A stretch of 64,000 nt of DNA, taken from NCBI RefSeq assembly GCF_018350175.1, contig NC_058383.1:20462001-20526000 (forward strand), in the 5' to 3' direction. Positions within the stretch are counted from its first letter, which is position 1; each line of letters starts with the position of its first letter. This document shows, one piece after another, positions 48,815-61,078 of the stretch. Source of the stretch: Felis catus. Its lineage: Eukaryota. A model generated the notes under the pieces. The model ran no database searches, was not told the origin of the DNA, and worked only from the letters and a program-made list of their open reading frames with translations. Position numbers and translations under genes: made by a program.

Positions 48815-49033
48815 GGGGCGCCTGGGTGGCTCAGTCGGTTGAGCGTCCGACTTCGGCTCAGGTCATGATCTCGTGGTCCATGAGTTCGAGCCCCGCGTCG
48901 GGCTCTGTGATGACCGCTCGGAGCCTGGAGCCTGCTTGGGAGTCTGTGTCTCCCTCTCTCTTTTCCCCTCCCCTGCTCATGCTGTCTCTCTCTGTCTCAA
49001 AAATAAATAAAAACATTAAAAAAATGAAAAAAA
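48815..49033 (+). mobile_element. CAN-SINE
   Basis: TSD AGAATTTGAATG on both sides. Confidence 0.95.
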
Positions 49034-49194
49034 AGAATTTGAATGAAAATCTTAGAAGACAATTGAAGCGGCTACATTTACAAATTCTTAGGATCATAAA
49101 GCCTTATTAATTGGAACAGGATACCAAGAGACTGAACGAGGATATACAGGCAATTTGACTGAACGTAATTTTACTATACATATGTCAAGACATC

Positions 49195-49394
49195 TTTTAA
49201 TTTCTTTAAGTTTATTTATTTTGAGAGAGAGAGCAGGGGAGGGGCAGAGAGCGAGGAAGAGAAAATCTCAAGCAGGCTCTGTGGCTGTCAGCGCAGAGCC
49301 CAACGCGGGGCTCGATCTCATGAACCGTGAGATCATGACCTGTGCTGAAATCAAGAGTCAAGACGCTTAACCGACTGAGCCACCCAGGTGCCCC
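49195..49394 (-). mobile_element. CAN-SINE
   Basis: Reverse-strand SINE. Confidence 0.9.
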
Positions 49395-49639
49395 AAAACC
49401 ATTTTAAATAAAATCAAAAGGCAGAGCAATAGATTCAGAGGGTATTCGTAATGAGATAAAACGCAATGTCTAAAAATCTGTAATGGTCCACGAACTCTTT
49501 CCTGTTGACAATAAGGAGTCCAACTACTCAAGAGAAAAAAATGGACAATGCCTTTCAAATCCCCAGAGCAAACCCAAGTGGCCTGGGGGAAAAAGATGTA
49601 CGAGGATTAGAGGTAATTACAAAATGAACGCGTGATTAT

Positions 49640-49870
49640 TGCAGGTTCTACCAGGCAGTCAGGGGGTGAGGAGAGGATATAAATACCCATTTGCCTCTCT
49701 CTTGCTGCCCTCTGATCGATTGTCACTGATGCCCATGGGCCAAAACCAACTGGAAAGTTGACAGCAAGGGGGCCCAAGAATCCAGCGCATAGACAGAGGT
49801 CAGCCTCCTGAGGCATGGAGTCAGACAGAAAAGGGTGGACTGTGGGTCAGGTTGAGAGGCAAGCCGACAA
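49640..49870 (-). mobile_element. LTR33-like ERVL LTR fragment
   Basis: GCCCTCTGATC..CCCATGGGCCAAAACCAACTGGAA..GGTCAGCCTCCTGAGGCA..AAGGGTGGA. Confidence 0.6.
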
Positions 49871-49959
49871 TAAGGCCTACGAATGGTTCCGGGTTTGTTC
49901 TATTCGAATCTTTGCTGTGCGCGTTCTTATCACCACTTTTGCCCCCAAAAGCTAACATA

Positions 49960-50830
49960 TCTGATATTTAAATAACCTCAGCGGATCAACAAAGAAAAAC
50001 CAAAAGGCACATCCAATAGAAAAAAAAAAAGTACAGGCCAGGGCGCCTGGGTGGCTCAGTCGGTTAAGCGTCTGACTCTGGCTCAGATCAGGATCTGGTG
50101 GTTCGTGAGTTCGCGCCCCATATCGAGCTCTGCACGGACAGCACAGAGATCCCTCCGGATCTTCTGTCTCCCTCTCTCTCTGCCCCTCCCCACTTATTCT
50201 TTCTCTCTCAAAACTAAACATTAAAAACATTAAAAAAAACAAAAAAACCCAAAAAACTAGGGGACATGAACTGACAGTTCACAAATGAAGAAATACGTAT
50301 GGATAACATAGGGCTAAAAGAATCGGTCTATTTTGTAATAAAATCCATGCAAATTAAAGCAACAACAAAATGCCATCACTCATCTATCAAACTGACAAAG
50401 AATAAAATTATATATGGGACACTGTTGTCGATGCATTCACTGATGGTGGGAAAATAAATTGTTTTGTCCTTTCTTGAGGGTAATTTGGCAAGATACATCA
50501 AAAGGCTTATAAAAGTCTTTATATCCTCTCGGCCAGCAATTTTTACTTCCAGGAATTCCTCCGAAGGAAATACTCAAGAATGCACACGTGATATTATCAC
50601 AACATTATTTATAAGAGTGATAAATTTAAAACACATAGTCACAATGGATTTGTGTGACAAATTATGGTACAGCCGTATAATGAAATATTAGGAAGCCATT
50701 AAAATCATGTTGCAGAGAATACTTAGCATCACGAGACAATGCGTATGGTATTCCATTACGCAAAATCATCCAAATGTGAGCCAGGATATATCATGTATTC
50801 TATGATCTTCATTTTGTAAAAAACAGGAAG
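49960..50830 (+). mobile_element. Old L1 (L1ME-like) fragment interrupted by a SINE
   Basis: CAGTTCACAAATGAAGAAATAC, ATGCAAATTAAAGCAACAA, CCAGCAATTTTTACTTCCAGGAATT. Confidence 0.65.
50041..50245 (+). mobile_element. CAN-SINE
   Basis: Head and tail. Confidence 0.9.
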
Positions 50831-50957
50831 TGTGTGTGTGTGTGTGTGTGTGCATAGTTTCAGTCTGTAAATACTCAAACTATATCTCTATCTGTCCAGA
50901 GTACAAAATACAGATATAGACACAGAGAGAGAGACCGACATCTATATATTTCTCTTT

Positions 50958-51162
50958 TTTTTTTTTAACTTTTTAAATGTTTATTTATTTTGAGAGAGAG
51001 AGAGAAATCAAGCAAAGGAGGGGCAGAGAGAGAGAATCCAAGCAGGCTCCATGCTGTCCGTATAGAGCCTGACTCAGGGAGCAATCTCATGAATGGTGAG
51101 AACATGACCGGAGCCGATACCAAGAGTCGGATGCTTAACTGGCTGAGCCACCCAGGTGCCCC
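50958..51162 (-). mobile_element. CAN-SINE
   Basis: Reverse-strand SINE. Confidence 0.88.
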
Positions 51163-51164
51163 TA

Positions 51165-51203
<39 letters not shown>

Positions 51204-51650
51204 TGATCTATCGATCTATCGATTTATTGATCTATCTATCTCTATAGATCTATCTCTAGATCTAGATCTCTAGATCGATAGATCTATCTCTAGATCGATA
51301 GATCTATCTCTAGATAGATATATATCTATCTAGATAGATATATATCTATCTAGAGATAGATCTATCGATCTAGATAGATATATATATCTAGATATATATC
51401 TATCTAGAGATAGATCTATAGATAGATCGATCGATAGATCTATCTATAGATATATAGATAGATAGATCTCCATCTAGAGATCTCTATCTAGAGATCGATC
51501 TATCTATAGATCGATCTCTAGATCTATAGATCGATCTATCTATAGATCGATCTCTAGATCTATAGATCTATCTCTAGATCTATCTCTAGATCTATAGATC
51601 TATCTATCTATAGATCTATCTCTAGATCTATAGATCTATAGATCTAGATA
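51163..51650. repeat. Palindrome-rich TCTA/TAGA/GATC low-complexity tract
   Basis: Begins as (TCTA)n and becomes a mix of both strands; dense AGATCT, TCTAGA, ATCGAT. Confidence 0.95.
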
Positions 51651-52941
51651 TAAAGAGGAAGGTAGATACCGCAAGGAAATAAACAAAATGTTGACCGAGG
51701 TTCTGTCTGTGGTTCTACCATTTTAGATAATATCCATGTGCTGTGGACTTTTTCCCCCACAATGAACATATTTTGCTACCTGTATGAATTCTGTGGGGAC
51801 AGCACTTGGATCTGCCAAGTCATTCTCTAATTGGCCATATGCCAAAGGCCATTTCTCCCTTCTATGTCCGTTGAATTGGTAGGCATGCTAAATTCCCAAA
51901 TAAGATTCCTAGAATGTGAACAAGACACATGAGCACTCTTCCAAATACACCAGTACGCCAAGCTCTACGGAGTTAACGCCTCGGACGATTATCCCACTGA
52001 TGCAAAAATGGACAGTTGGATTCTTAACAACCTATATTCTGGAAGATAAAATGCGATCGCACCTCTCCGGGCAATCCAACCTCAGAGCTGGGTGTACTCC
52101 TGGCTTTCTCACGCGATCGCTCATGGATGAACCAGTTCTCTAATAAATGGAATGCATTCGCAGGGGAGAACCTGAATGCGAGACCATGCCTCTGTGAGAC
52201 CGGTTTTAACTTCGGGGCTCTCGGTCTGTACGCGCCCAAGAAGGCTGTATGCCACAGCACAGAAATGGTGGACACCATCATTCCTCCCAGGCTGCAGTGG
52301 TGTGCTCCAGACGAGGCAAACCCTCCCATCGAAACACGTATTTATCTTTGCGATGCTAAAGTCAAGTAGAAAGTTAGAGCCCCTTAAAAGAGAGGATCCA
52401 GTCAGTAGCGTGACAGAGTTCCCACCGCAGATATCGCTATGCCCCAGGTCTTATCATGGCCAAGGAGTCACCGATGACTACCCCTGGTGTCACAAAGGCT
52501 GCTGGCTCGTCAGCGAGGGGCTGGAGCATGGGAATAAGTGAGTGAGACGGAGAACTGGTGTCTTTCCAACTCCTGGCCAGCTAGATTGAGCCGGGCCAAT
52601 CAGAGCAAAGCTCACAAACACCATGCTTGGGAAAAGGGGCCACCGAAACTATTAAAGGCATAGGAAGCAGATTAGCTGTCACTGTGCATGGGCTAAGCTG
52701 TAGTTCCCTGTGAGCTGCATGGATCACCTTATTGGGGGGGGGGGCCGCTACGCCCATCACCTGTCTTCGTTCACATCCGGTCTCCCCACTGCCGTTCCTG
52801 AGCCCCTGACAGCGCACCCCCAGAAGCTGGCGGGCAGCAAAACGCACACTAATGGCAAGAGACACATCACTTCGAAACATGTGCATGTGGCGTCTACACC
52901 ACCTCCAAGCTCAGCTGCCTATTTAGGTGCGGAACCATCTC

Positions 52942-53235
52942 CGGGCGCCTGCGAGGTTCGCCGATTAAGCATCCGACTTCCGCTCAGGTCATGACCTCAC
53001 GGTTCACGAGTTCGAGCCCCACGTTGGCCTCCCTGTTGCCGGCCTGTCAGCCCAGAGCCCACTTCGGATCCTTTGGCTCCTTCCCTCCCCTCCCTCAGGT
53101 CAGGATCCCAGGGTTGTGGGATCGAGCCCCACGTCGGGTTCCACACTGGGCAAGGAGCCTGCTCAAGATTCTTTCTCGCTCTGCCCCTCTCTCCCACTTG
53201 CACTCTCTCTCTCTCAAATAAAATTTTAAAAAATA
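52942..53235 (+). mobile_element. Chimeric CAN-SINE (two fused copies)
   Basis: First body breaks in the CT tract near 53092, then a headless second body starts at CTCAGGTCAGGATCCC. Confidence 0.8.
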
Positions 53236-53534
53236 TATTTTTTAAAGAAAACACATTTTAAATATGGAACAAGAGCTTGTACACAATGGTTAAGGAATGA
53301 GAAAGGAAACAAGAAATATATTAAAAAGCAAAAAGGAAGAAAGAACAAAATCACACATAATCCTGCAACCCAAGTAAAACTATGACTTGTCATATACCCA
53401 TCCATCCATTTTCCTAAATACAGGTTCATTTTCAAAAATAGACTCCTAACAATGTATCATTAGCATCTTTCCATAACAATGCCCAAAGTTATGCTCTCAT
53501 CTTAGTAACTTCTATTAAATGGATTTGTTTTATT

Positions 53535-53746
53535 TTTCTATTTTTTTTTTGTTTATTTTTGAAACAGAGAGAGACAGAGCATGAACGGGGGAGGGGCAGA
53601 GACAGAGGGAGACACAGAATCGGAAACAGGCTCCAGGCTCCGAGCCATCAGCCCAGATCCCGAAGCGGGGCTCGAACTCACAGACTGTGAGATCGTGACC
53701 TGAGCTGAAGTCGGCTGCTTAACCGACTGAGCCACCCAGGCGCCCC
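53535..53746 (-). mobile_element. Felid CAN-SINE
   Basis: TGGATTTGTTTTA on both flanks. Confidence 0.95.
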
Positions 53747-53880
53747 TAAGTGGATTTGTTTTAATTATTTCCGACAATTTCTTATCGCTGAAACTTCACA
53801 CCTTCTTATCTGAAAATTGCTATGATAAGAACAAATCATAAGGTAACTCCCTTCACTTCTTTAAGAGTAAAAATAATCCA

Positions 53881-54075
53881 GGGGCGCCTGGGTGGCTCAG
53901 TCGGTTAAGCCTTAGACTTCGGCTCAGCTCATGATCTCACAGTTCGTGGGTTCGAGCCCTGCATTGGGCTCCGTGCTGTCAGCTGAGCCCCTCTTTGGAT
54001 CCTCTGTCCCCCTCTCTCTCTGCCCCTTCCCTGCTGGTTCTCTCTCTCTCTCTTGAAATAAAATTAAAAAGCTTT
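53881..54075 (+). mobile_element. CAN-SINE
   Basis: AGGGTAAAAATA / GAGTAAAAATA flanks; full head. Confidence 0.92.
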
Positions 54076-54379
54076 TTAAAAAGGGTAAAAATACTCCATT
54101 CACAATGGGACCCAACACTGGATGCTCTTGGGTCTTAGAGGTGGAGTCCCTGCTGTTACAGGCACATGGGATCTCATCTGCGCCAAAGCCTCTCTGTCCC
54201 CGGGGCCCAGAGACACCCTCCTTCACGTGGCTTCCTTCTTTTCAAGTTTTTACTTTTCTGAGAATAACCAGAAAACACCAAGCCAGCCGCACCCTTCGCT
54301 TTGTCAGGAATGCATCTGCGTGTCATTTTTCTCCTCTTGCTGAGTTGAGGTCACAAACACGAATGCCCGCCCCGTGCCA

Positions 54380-54560
54380 GTGCTCCGAGAATTTTACAAA
54401 CTGACAAATGCAGCTTCGTGACAACTCTACGATGTAAATTGTCTTGGGACCCCCCCCCCCATTTAAAGCATGGGGAAACCGAGGCCCCCAGAGTTTCCTT
54501 TGCCCGAGGTTAGCGGGCTAGCAAGTGGCAGAATCAAGATAAGAAGGCAACACTAGCCTC
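54380..54560 (-). mobile_element. MIR
   Basis: CCCCATTT..ATGGGGAAACCGAGGCCC..TTGCCCGAGGT..GCTAGCAAGTGGCAGA. Confidence 0.65.
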
Positions 54561-54599
54561 TTTGGTCCCAAGTACCCACGTTGATGGGAAAGAACGAAA

Positions 54600-54929
54600 G
54601 CCATTGACAAAAGGGGCGTCAATCCGGGGCGCCCGCGTGTGTGTAGGCGCGCGCATGCGCGTGCGTTCTTGTCTCTGTGTTCGCAGAAGAGAGAAATTTT
54701 TTTTTTAAACAGAGGAGAACCCCTTCATCCTGATTTTCTTGAGTCAGATAATGACCGGCCGTAGCAGCGATGCCATCTCAGGAGCCAGAGAGCTGTGACT
54801 TTTACAGCCTTGTTTCATTGAAAGGAACCCCATCCTTTCTGTTACAGTGGCCAAACTTATTAGGACATAACCTTTCAAACCGGAGAGAAAAGGTCAGCTT
54901 TAACTAGAGAACAAAAGAGACTTCTGCAA

Positions 54930-54960
<31 letters not shown>

Positions 54961-55410
54961 GGGGGGGGGCGCTCATCGTGTCAGATTCCCCACTTCCTCC
55001 CCATCTCAGGGATGTTGAAAATTCAGCCACGTTTGTAGGAATCCAATTACTCCTGCAGATTACGCAAAGATTATCCAAGTTGTAAACAGCAGCATATTTG
55101 CAGAGATCGATGGGCCACAACAAAGCTCCTCTTTAACAGGAGAAATAAAAGTGAGGGTGCATCCGCAGCCGGGGGACAGAGGGGTATAATGTCACATCAT
55201 CACGCTGAAGGTTAGGATGTAATTGAAATCAACGTTAGGGCGCTTCGTCTCCTCCAGCTTTTCCATATGCGCTTGGAGAGCGCGACTCTAATTTCCCTTC
55301 GGAGCAAGTCGTTTGCCTTGAAGCAGCGCACTATTAGGAGGGTGTTTTTATTATGTCGCCTCGCTATCAAGTTTGAATTCGGTTAGATAGTAGCAAATTA
55401 GGTCGTCTTT
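54600..55410. promoter_or_regulatory. Candidate enhancer or conserved non-coding block
   Basis: Repeat-free and CpG-retaining; GCGCATGCGC (54651-54660), TGTAAACA (55081-55088), AACAAAG, several TAAT cores; G-run 54935-54969. Confidence 0.4.
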
Positions 55411-55919
55411 CAGCAAACAAGATTAGGATAGATGGTTCGCAAAAACCACCCCATTCTCCTGTTGCCACAGATCGAGAAGCGCGGGCAGAGGGGGGACTCA
55501 GGGTGGTTACAGGCAGGGGCTGCCTTGCTGGAGATGGGGACTCCACATGTGAGTTGGGTGCTCTTAAGCAAGTCCCTCCACACCTGGGTCTGGGCTACCT
55601 CGTGTGTACAAGGAAGTCTTCTGGGGATTCGGGAAACGCCATAGGAAGGGGTCATAGCAGGCATTCAGACACTTTTTAGCACTCACAGCCAATACAATTT
55701 ATGAAGCCCATCATACGTGACACCTCTTCCATGAAGCCTTCCTTAATATCCAGAGGCAGAAATGATCCCCCCATTCTGAGTTTTCTGTGCACTTCATTTT
55801 TTCATTAGCAATTTTGTTGAATAGTATTTACAGACCATGACATTGACCAGGGTTAAGCGCATCATTTAATGATTTGTAATAAATTCAAGGAGTTGTGAAG
55901 CCATCCCCGTGATCGAATT

Positions 55920-56091
55920 TTTTATTTTTTTTAATGTTTATTTGTTTTTGACAGAGAGAGAGTACGCAGGGGAGGGGCAGAGATAGAGGGAGACAGAGGA
56001 TCCCAAGCAGGCAGAGGGGGCTGGAACTCACAAACTGTGAGATCATGACCTGAGCCAAAGTCGGAGGCTTAACTGAGCCACCTAGGCACTC
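55920..56091 (-). mobile_element. CAN-SINE with internal deletion
   Basis: Reverse-strand SINE. Confidence 0.85.
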
Positions 56092-56554
56092 TCCCCATAA
56101 GCCGATTTTAAAGCATTATTGTCACCCTAATAATATTCTTTCATGCCTGGTTATAGTTAACATTCGACCCCATCCCACACCCATGATATATCCATACAGC
56201 AAAATACTATTCGGCAGCAAAAAGGAACATCATAATGATACATGAAATGGCCCAGAAGAACCCTAAAAACTTAACACTAAGCACAAGAAGAGACACACAC
56301 ACACCCACACACGATTCCATTTATGTAACAAGTTTGACCCATTTGAGTCCCTTTTCCACTCTGACTGACCTAACGGAGGGGTGTCAGATTCATCACTATC
56401 TCCCCCTCGACCCCGAGTGGAACGGCTTGTAAAACAGAAAGGTGCTCGACTAATTTCAAGTCTGCTAAAGAGCGAGATGGACAGGAGACCAGTCAAGTGC
56501 TGTCGCCTGCAGAAGCACGCATTAGTGCTGATGTTGCGGATACGTCCTTCTCAA

Positions 56555-57420
56555 CGTCAAGAAGGAGCCCTGGTCACTGTTGTGGGGGATGCAGGTTGGT
56601 GTGGCCACTGTGGGAGCCAGTATGGAGTTTCCTCACAAAATTAAAAATAGAAATAGCATATGATCCACTAATTCCACTGCTGGGTATGTACCCCCCCCGA
56701 AAAAAAAATGGGAAAACACGAATTTGAAAAGATATTTGCACCACTAAAAGATATTTGCAGCCCAAGTGTCCATCCCTAGATGAATGGATAAAGAAGATGT
56801 GATGGGGGTGGGGGAGAGGGGAAAGTGGGTGATGGGCATTGAGGAGGAGGGCACCTGTTGGGATGAGCACTGGGTGTTGTATGGAAACCAATTTGACGGT
56901 AAATTATATTTAACATAAAAAAAAGAAGATTATGTGGTTCTGTTTCTACAATGGAATATTACTCGGTCATAAAAAAGAATGAAATCTTGCCATCTGTGAC
57001 GACATGGAGAGGCCCGGAGGGTACTATGCTAAGTGAAGGAAGCCAGACAGAAAAAGACAAGTGCCTTAGGATTACACTTATATATGGAATCTAAAAAACA
57101 TAACAAACAAACAAGCATATGCAAACGGACTAATAAACACAGAAAGCAAACTGGTGGTTGCCAGAGAGGAGGGGGTAGGGGGTGGGTGAAATCGATGAAG
57201 GGGATTAGAAGGTACAACATCCACTTATAAAATAAATAAGTCACAGGGATGAAAAGGTACAGCCTAAGGAATGTAATCAGTAATACTGTAATGCTGTATG
57301 GTGACTACACATGGTGAGTATCGCGAGCATATAGAATTGTCAAATGACTATGTTGCACACCAGAAACTCATATAATATTTTATGTCAACGATGCTTAAAT
57401 GTTTAAACAATTTTTAGTAA
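56555..57420 (+). mobile_element. L1 ORF2 end and 3'UTR (carnivore type)
   Basis: CACTGTTGTGGGGATGC..AGTATGGAG..GATGAATGGATAAAGAAGATG..GAAATCTTGCCAT..AAACTGGTGGTTGCCAGAG. Confidence 0.88.
56799..56921 (+). mobile_element. Short, younger L1 3' end nested in the older L1
   Basis: GGTGATGGGCATTGAGGAGG..CACCTGTTGGGATGAGCACTGGGTGTTGTATGGAAACCAATTTGAC; AAAGAAGAT repeated at 56790 and 56922. Confidence 0.8.
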
Positions 57421-57484
57421 ATAAAAATTAAATACAAGGAATGGCAGGGTGAGGAATTTATATATTAAAATACATAAAACATCC

Positions 57485-57527
<43 letters not shown>

Positions 57528-57700
57528 AAAAAGAAAGAGAGAAAGGAAAGAGAAAGAAAGGGAGAGGGGGAGGGAGGGAGGAAACAAGGAAGGAAAGAGA
57601 AAAAGGGAGGGAGGGAGAAAGGGAGAAAGGAAGGAAGGAAAGGGGGAGGGAAGGAAGGAAAGAGAAGAAGAGAGAGGGAGGGATAGAGGAAGGAAAGGAA
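57485..57700. repeat. GA-rich polypurine tract
   Basis: Direct. Confidence 0.95.
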
Positions 57701-58209
57701 AGCCAACTGGTTTTCCAGGGAGAACTCACAACTCACAACTCACCAGCCAACTGGTTTTCCAGGAAACACCATGTCATGGAGCAAAGACTGATGGTGGACT
57801 AATTTCCCTGGCGTTGGGAATTATCCCCATTTCTTGGGGTGCCCCTTCTGCAGATAGTTACCGTTTCCTGAGCTCTTTCCATGTTATCAGGAAGTGTTGG
57901 GTGCTTCACTTTGTTTCAATTCCTACAATAAAGTCTAAGTCCTTCAAGAGTAGTGTTCATGCTCTTTGTTTGTCAATCCAAGCACAGGGCGGGGCCTGGC
58001 ATAAGCAAAAAATACTTGGGGAATTTTCCTAGAAAAGCATGGTGAAAGGGCCAAACGCTCACATGGGAAAGAATAAAGATGGCGCCCTCTGGGCATCCCC
58101 AAAGAGTCCAGAGGGCTGAAATAAGTCTGTGGGGATGGAAGCGAATGTGCTGGTTCTAGAAACTGGGAGACGCAGTTTCTACACTGAGTCCTGGCCCTAA
58201 CTTGGTCCC

Positions 58210-58560
58210 CATTATTCGTTTACTCATCCGTTCATTCAGTACATGTCAATTCAGCACCTATGTTTCATGCACACATCTAGGTCCTGGGAACACAGCAGTA
58301 TACAAGGCAGACCTGGCCTCTGCTGTGTGCAAAGGAAAGACAATAATCATCTATCGTCACCACGCTGATGAGGTTTATGAAGGACCAAGTATCTAATGCC
58401 AAGAGAGCCTAAAGCGAGAGAATCTGCCTACGGAGAGGTCCAGCAAAGGCCTCCGTGGAAGGGGGCCTTCAGAAAAGGCCTAAAAGAAGATGGAGGAGGG
58501 TCGGGGGTCGGGGGCCATGAGGGAAATATGGTCCAGGCTCAGCAAATGGAAGGGGCCCCG
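58210..58560 (-). mobile_element. L2 fragment
   Basis: TTCATTCAG..CAGCACCTATG..TCTAGGTCCTGGGAACACAGCAG. Confidence 0.55.
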
Positions 58561-59749
58561 TTCCAGGTCTGTGTGTTTACATCCTACTGACTGTAGATCT
58601 GGTCATTAAGCAGAAGCCCTAAAGAAAAGATAGCGGATGAGTTTATCCCGTGCAGCACTGAGCACATACAGGAGTCCGACCGACAGATACAGATGTTGGA
58701 ATGCAGCTTTATAGCAAATCACTAAGAGTAAGACCTTTGTGATCGAAGAGACTTGAGTTTGAATTTCACGTCTTACAGCTGACAACTCCTCTTCTCTGAT
58801 CTCCTTTCCGGTCACCGCAATCCAGAGACTGGGCTAGAGTTCTGTGGGTGCTCCCAGCTTGGTCATCTCTAAGAATCTTATGCAGATCACTTTGTGATTT
58901 GAGATATTTTATCAAAAATGGCTACAACGAAGTTCTAAGCAACACGTAGGCACTGAAGAATCGTCTGGAGGTCAGTCCTCCGTCCTGAAGCAACATGGGA
59001 CCTAATCAGTAAGACCATCACATGTAATTCCCTAACAGCCTTATCTTCTCTAATTCCTACCACGTCATGATGGGTTCTGGAATATGGACAATGATGAAAT
59101 GAATATGTATATCCATCTATATCTACACACACACATATATACATCTATAAAATGAGAAACATACACATAAACATATATACATTTACATATAGGCTTATTA
59201 TAGAGTTAACAGTTGAGAAACCACTTGAATTTTTTAGCCATTTTATATCTGAAGCTCCAGCCATGTTCTGGAAGCAGACTGGATGAGGCTTGGACAGTGA
59301 CAGATGTGAAGTCATTCACTTGTCTTTCAAACATGTCAGAGAAGTCTAGACGGCCATGGTCCACACTGTAGGTTTTTCTTCATCATCTTAAAGGTTCCAA
59401 ATTGCCCACACGAATGTGTTTGAACTATAGGAAGCTTCCTGTCTATTTCAGCAAGAAAGGCTCTTGGGGCTTGTGATTCGCAAAGCCATACAAGCAGGAC
59501 AGGCTCTGGTACCTGGTCCCCAGGCTCTGGGTAACTGAAGCACAGGAAGTAGAACCTGACACTTAGGTCAAAGGCTCCAAGTAAACTGGATGAGATTCAG
59601 GACTGTAACCCATTACTGGTTGAGAGAGAGAGAGAAAGAGCACTTAGACAAGAATAGTGAGAAAAGAGCCCAGGTGATACAGCAGATCACACAGAGATCT
59701 AGCAGAAAATGTCTCAGAAACTGTTTGGATGCCCAGCTTCCACTCCAAC

Positions 59750-60750
59750 TCCGCAAACACCATTTTTATAGCATAAAGAAAGTAAAAAGATAAACCACAA
59801 ACTGAGACCATATCTGCCTAATGAGTCACCCAACAAGCCTGTATATCCATAATATGCAATGAGCTTCTGCAAATCAACAAGAAAAAGAAAAAACTCTCAC
59901 ACTAGAAAAATGAACTTTCAAAGGAAAGGAAAGGAAACATGGACAGCCCATAAATATATTAAAATTTGCTAACATCCTTACTGAGGAAGACCCTTTATTG
60001 AGATACCAGTCTACCTCATCAGACAGGCAATATTGGGGAACAAAAAGTCCAACATCCTCAGGTATGGCAAGGATGTTGGAACAATAGGAACATTCAGAGC
60101 TAGTGGACATGTAAATTGGTACACGCAGTTAGGAAATGATCCATCCTTACAGGATAGAGTTACACATGCGTGTTGTCAACACCCAGCTATTCCACTCGTA
60201 GGTACTCACAGATACGCATTCTAGAGAAATTTTCGCATGCGTGTTCTGTCGGACACGTTCAAGGACTTTTTATAGCAGCAGCATTTGTTATAATAAAAAA
60301 CAAATATTCCAAATATCCATCTACAGAGAATGTGTCTATGAATTGTGGTGCATTTGTACAGCAGAATGCCGACAGTAATGCGAAAGAATGAACTACAAAG
60401 AAGCAGGCATAGATCTCAAATTATAATTTGAACCGCACAAAGTTGAGTTCTAAAACAATGCATTCTGTACGATCCTGTGTATATTTTCTGAAACAGGCAA
60501 AACAAACAAACAGTGTTTGGGAATGCATACCTCTGTGGAAAATCTATGACAGCCAGGAATGAATAACAGAATTTACCTCTAAGGGGGCAGAAAATGAGAA
60601 AATAGTCGGAAAGAAATAGGATGACCTTGCAGGTTCTGATAATGCTCAATGTTCTATTGCCCAAGCTAAGTCATAGATACATAGGTGTTATTTTAAGCTA
60701 CACACATCCCTTTTATGGACTTTTGTGCAAAGTTATATTTGGTTAAGTAA
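59750..60750 (+). mobile_element. Old L1 (L1ME-like) ORF2 end and 3'UTR
   Basis: CAAATCAACAAGAAAAAG, TGGCAAGGATGTTGGAACA, CCCAGCTATTCCACTCGTAGGTA, TTTATAGCAGCAGCATTTGTTATAAT. Confidence 0.7.
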
Positions 60751-60868
60751 AGAAAAATACTTTAAAATGAAGTCAAATGAGGGAGTAAGACTATTGCAAA
60801 CCATCATAAGGACGGCTGTTGTGTAGTCCCTGCCGAGGAAGAAGGTTGGCTTAAAAATGCCCCTCGTT

Positions 60869-61078
60869 GGGGCGCCTGGGTGGCGCAGTCGGTTAAGCGT
60901 CCGACTTCAACCAGGTCAGGATCTTGCGGTCCGTGAGTTCGAGCCCCGCGTCGGGCTCTGGGCTGATGGCTCAGAGCCTGGAGCCTGTTTCCGATTCTGT
61001 GTCTCCCTCTCTCTCTGCCCCTCCCCCGTTCATGCTCTGTCTCTCTCTGTCCCAAAAAAGTAAATAAATGTTGAAAAA
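60869..61078 (+). mobile_element. Young felid CAN-SINE
   Basis: TSD AAAAATGCCCCTCGT at 60853-60867 and 61079-61093. Confidence 0.97.

Noticed and set aside
51916..52541. Cluster of overlapping short ORFs in unique DNA
   Set aside because: No recognisable domain or convincing exon structure; a small exon cannot be excluded without alignment.
57701..57763. Repeat-spacer-repeat resembling a CRISPR unit
   Set aside because: Only two repeats, a repetitive spacer, mammalian context and no cas genes.
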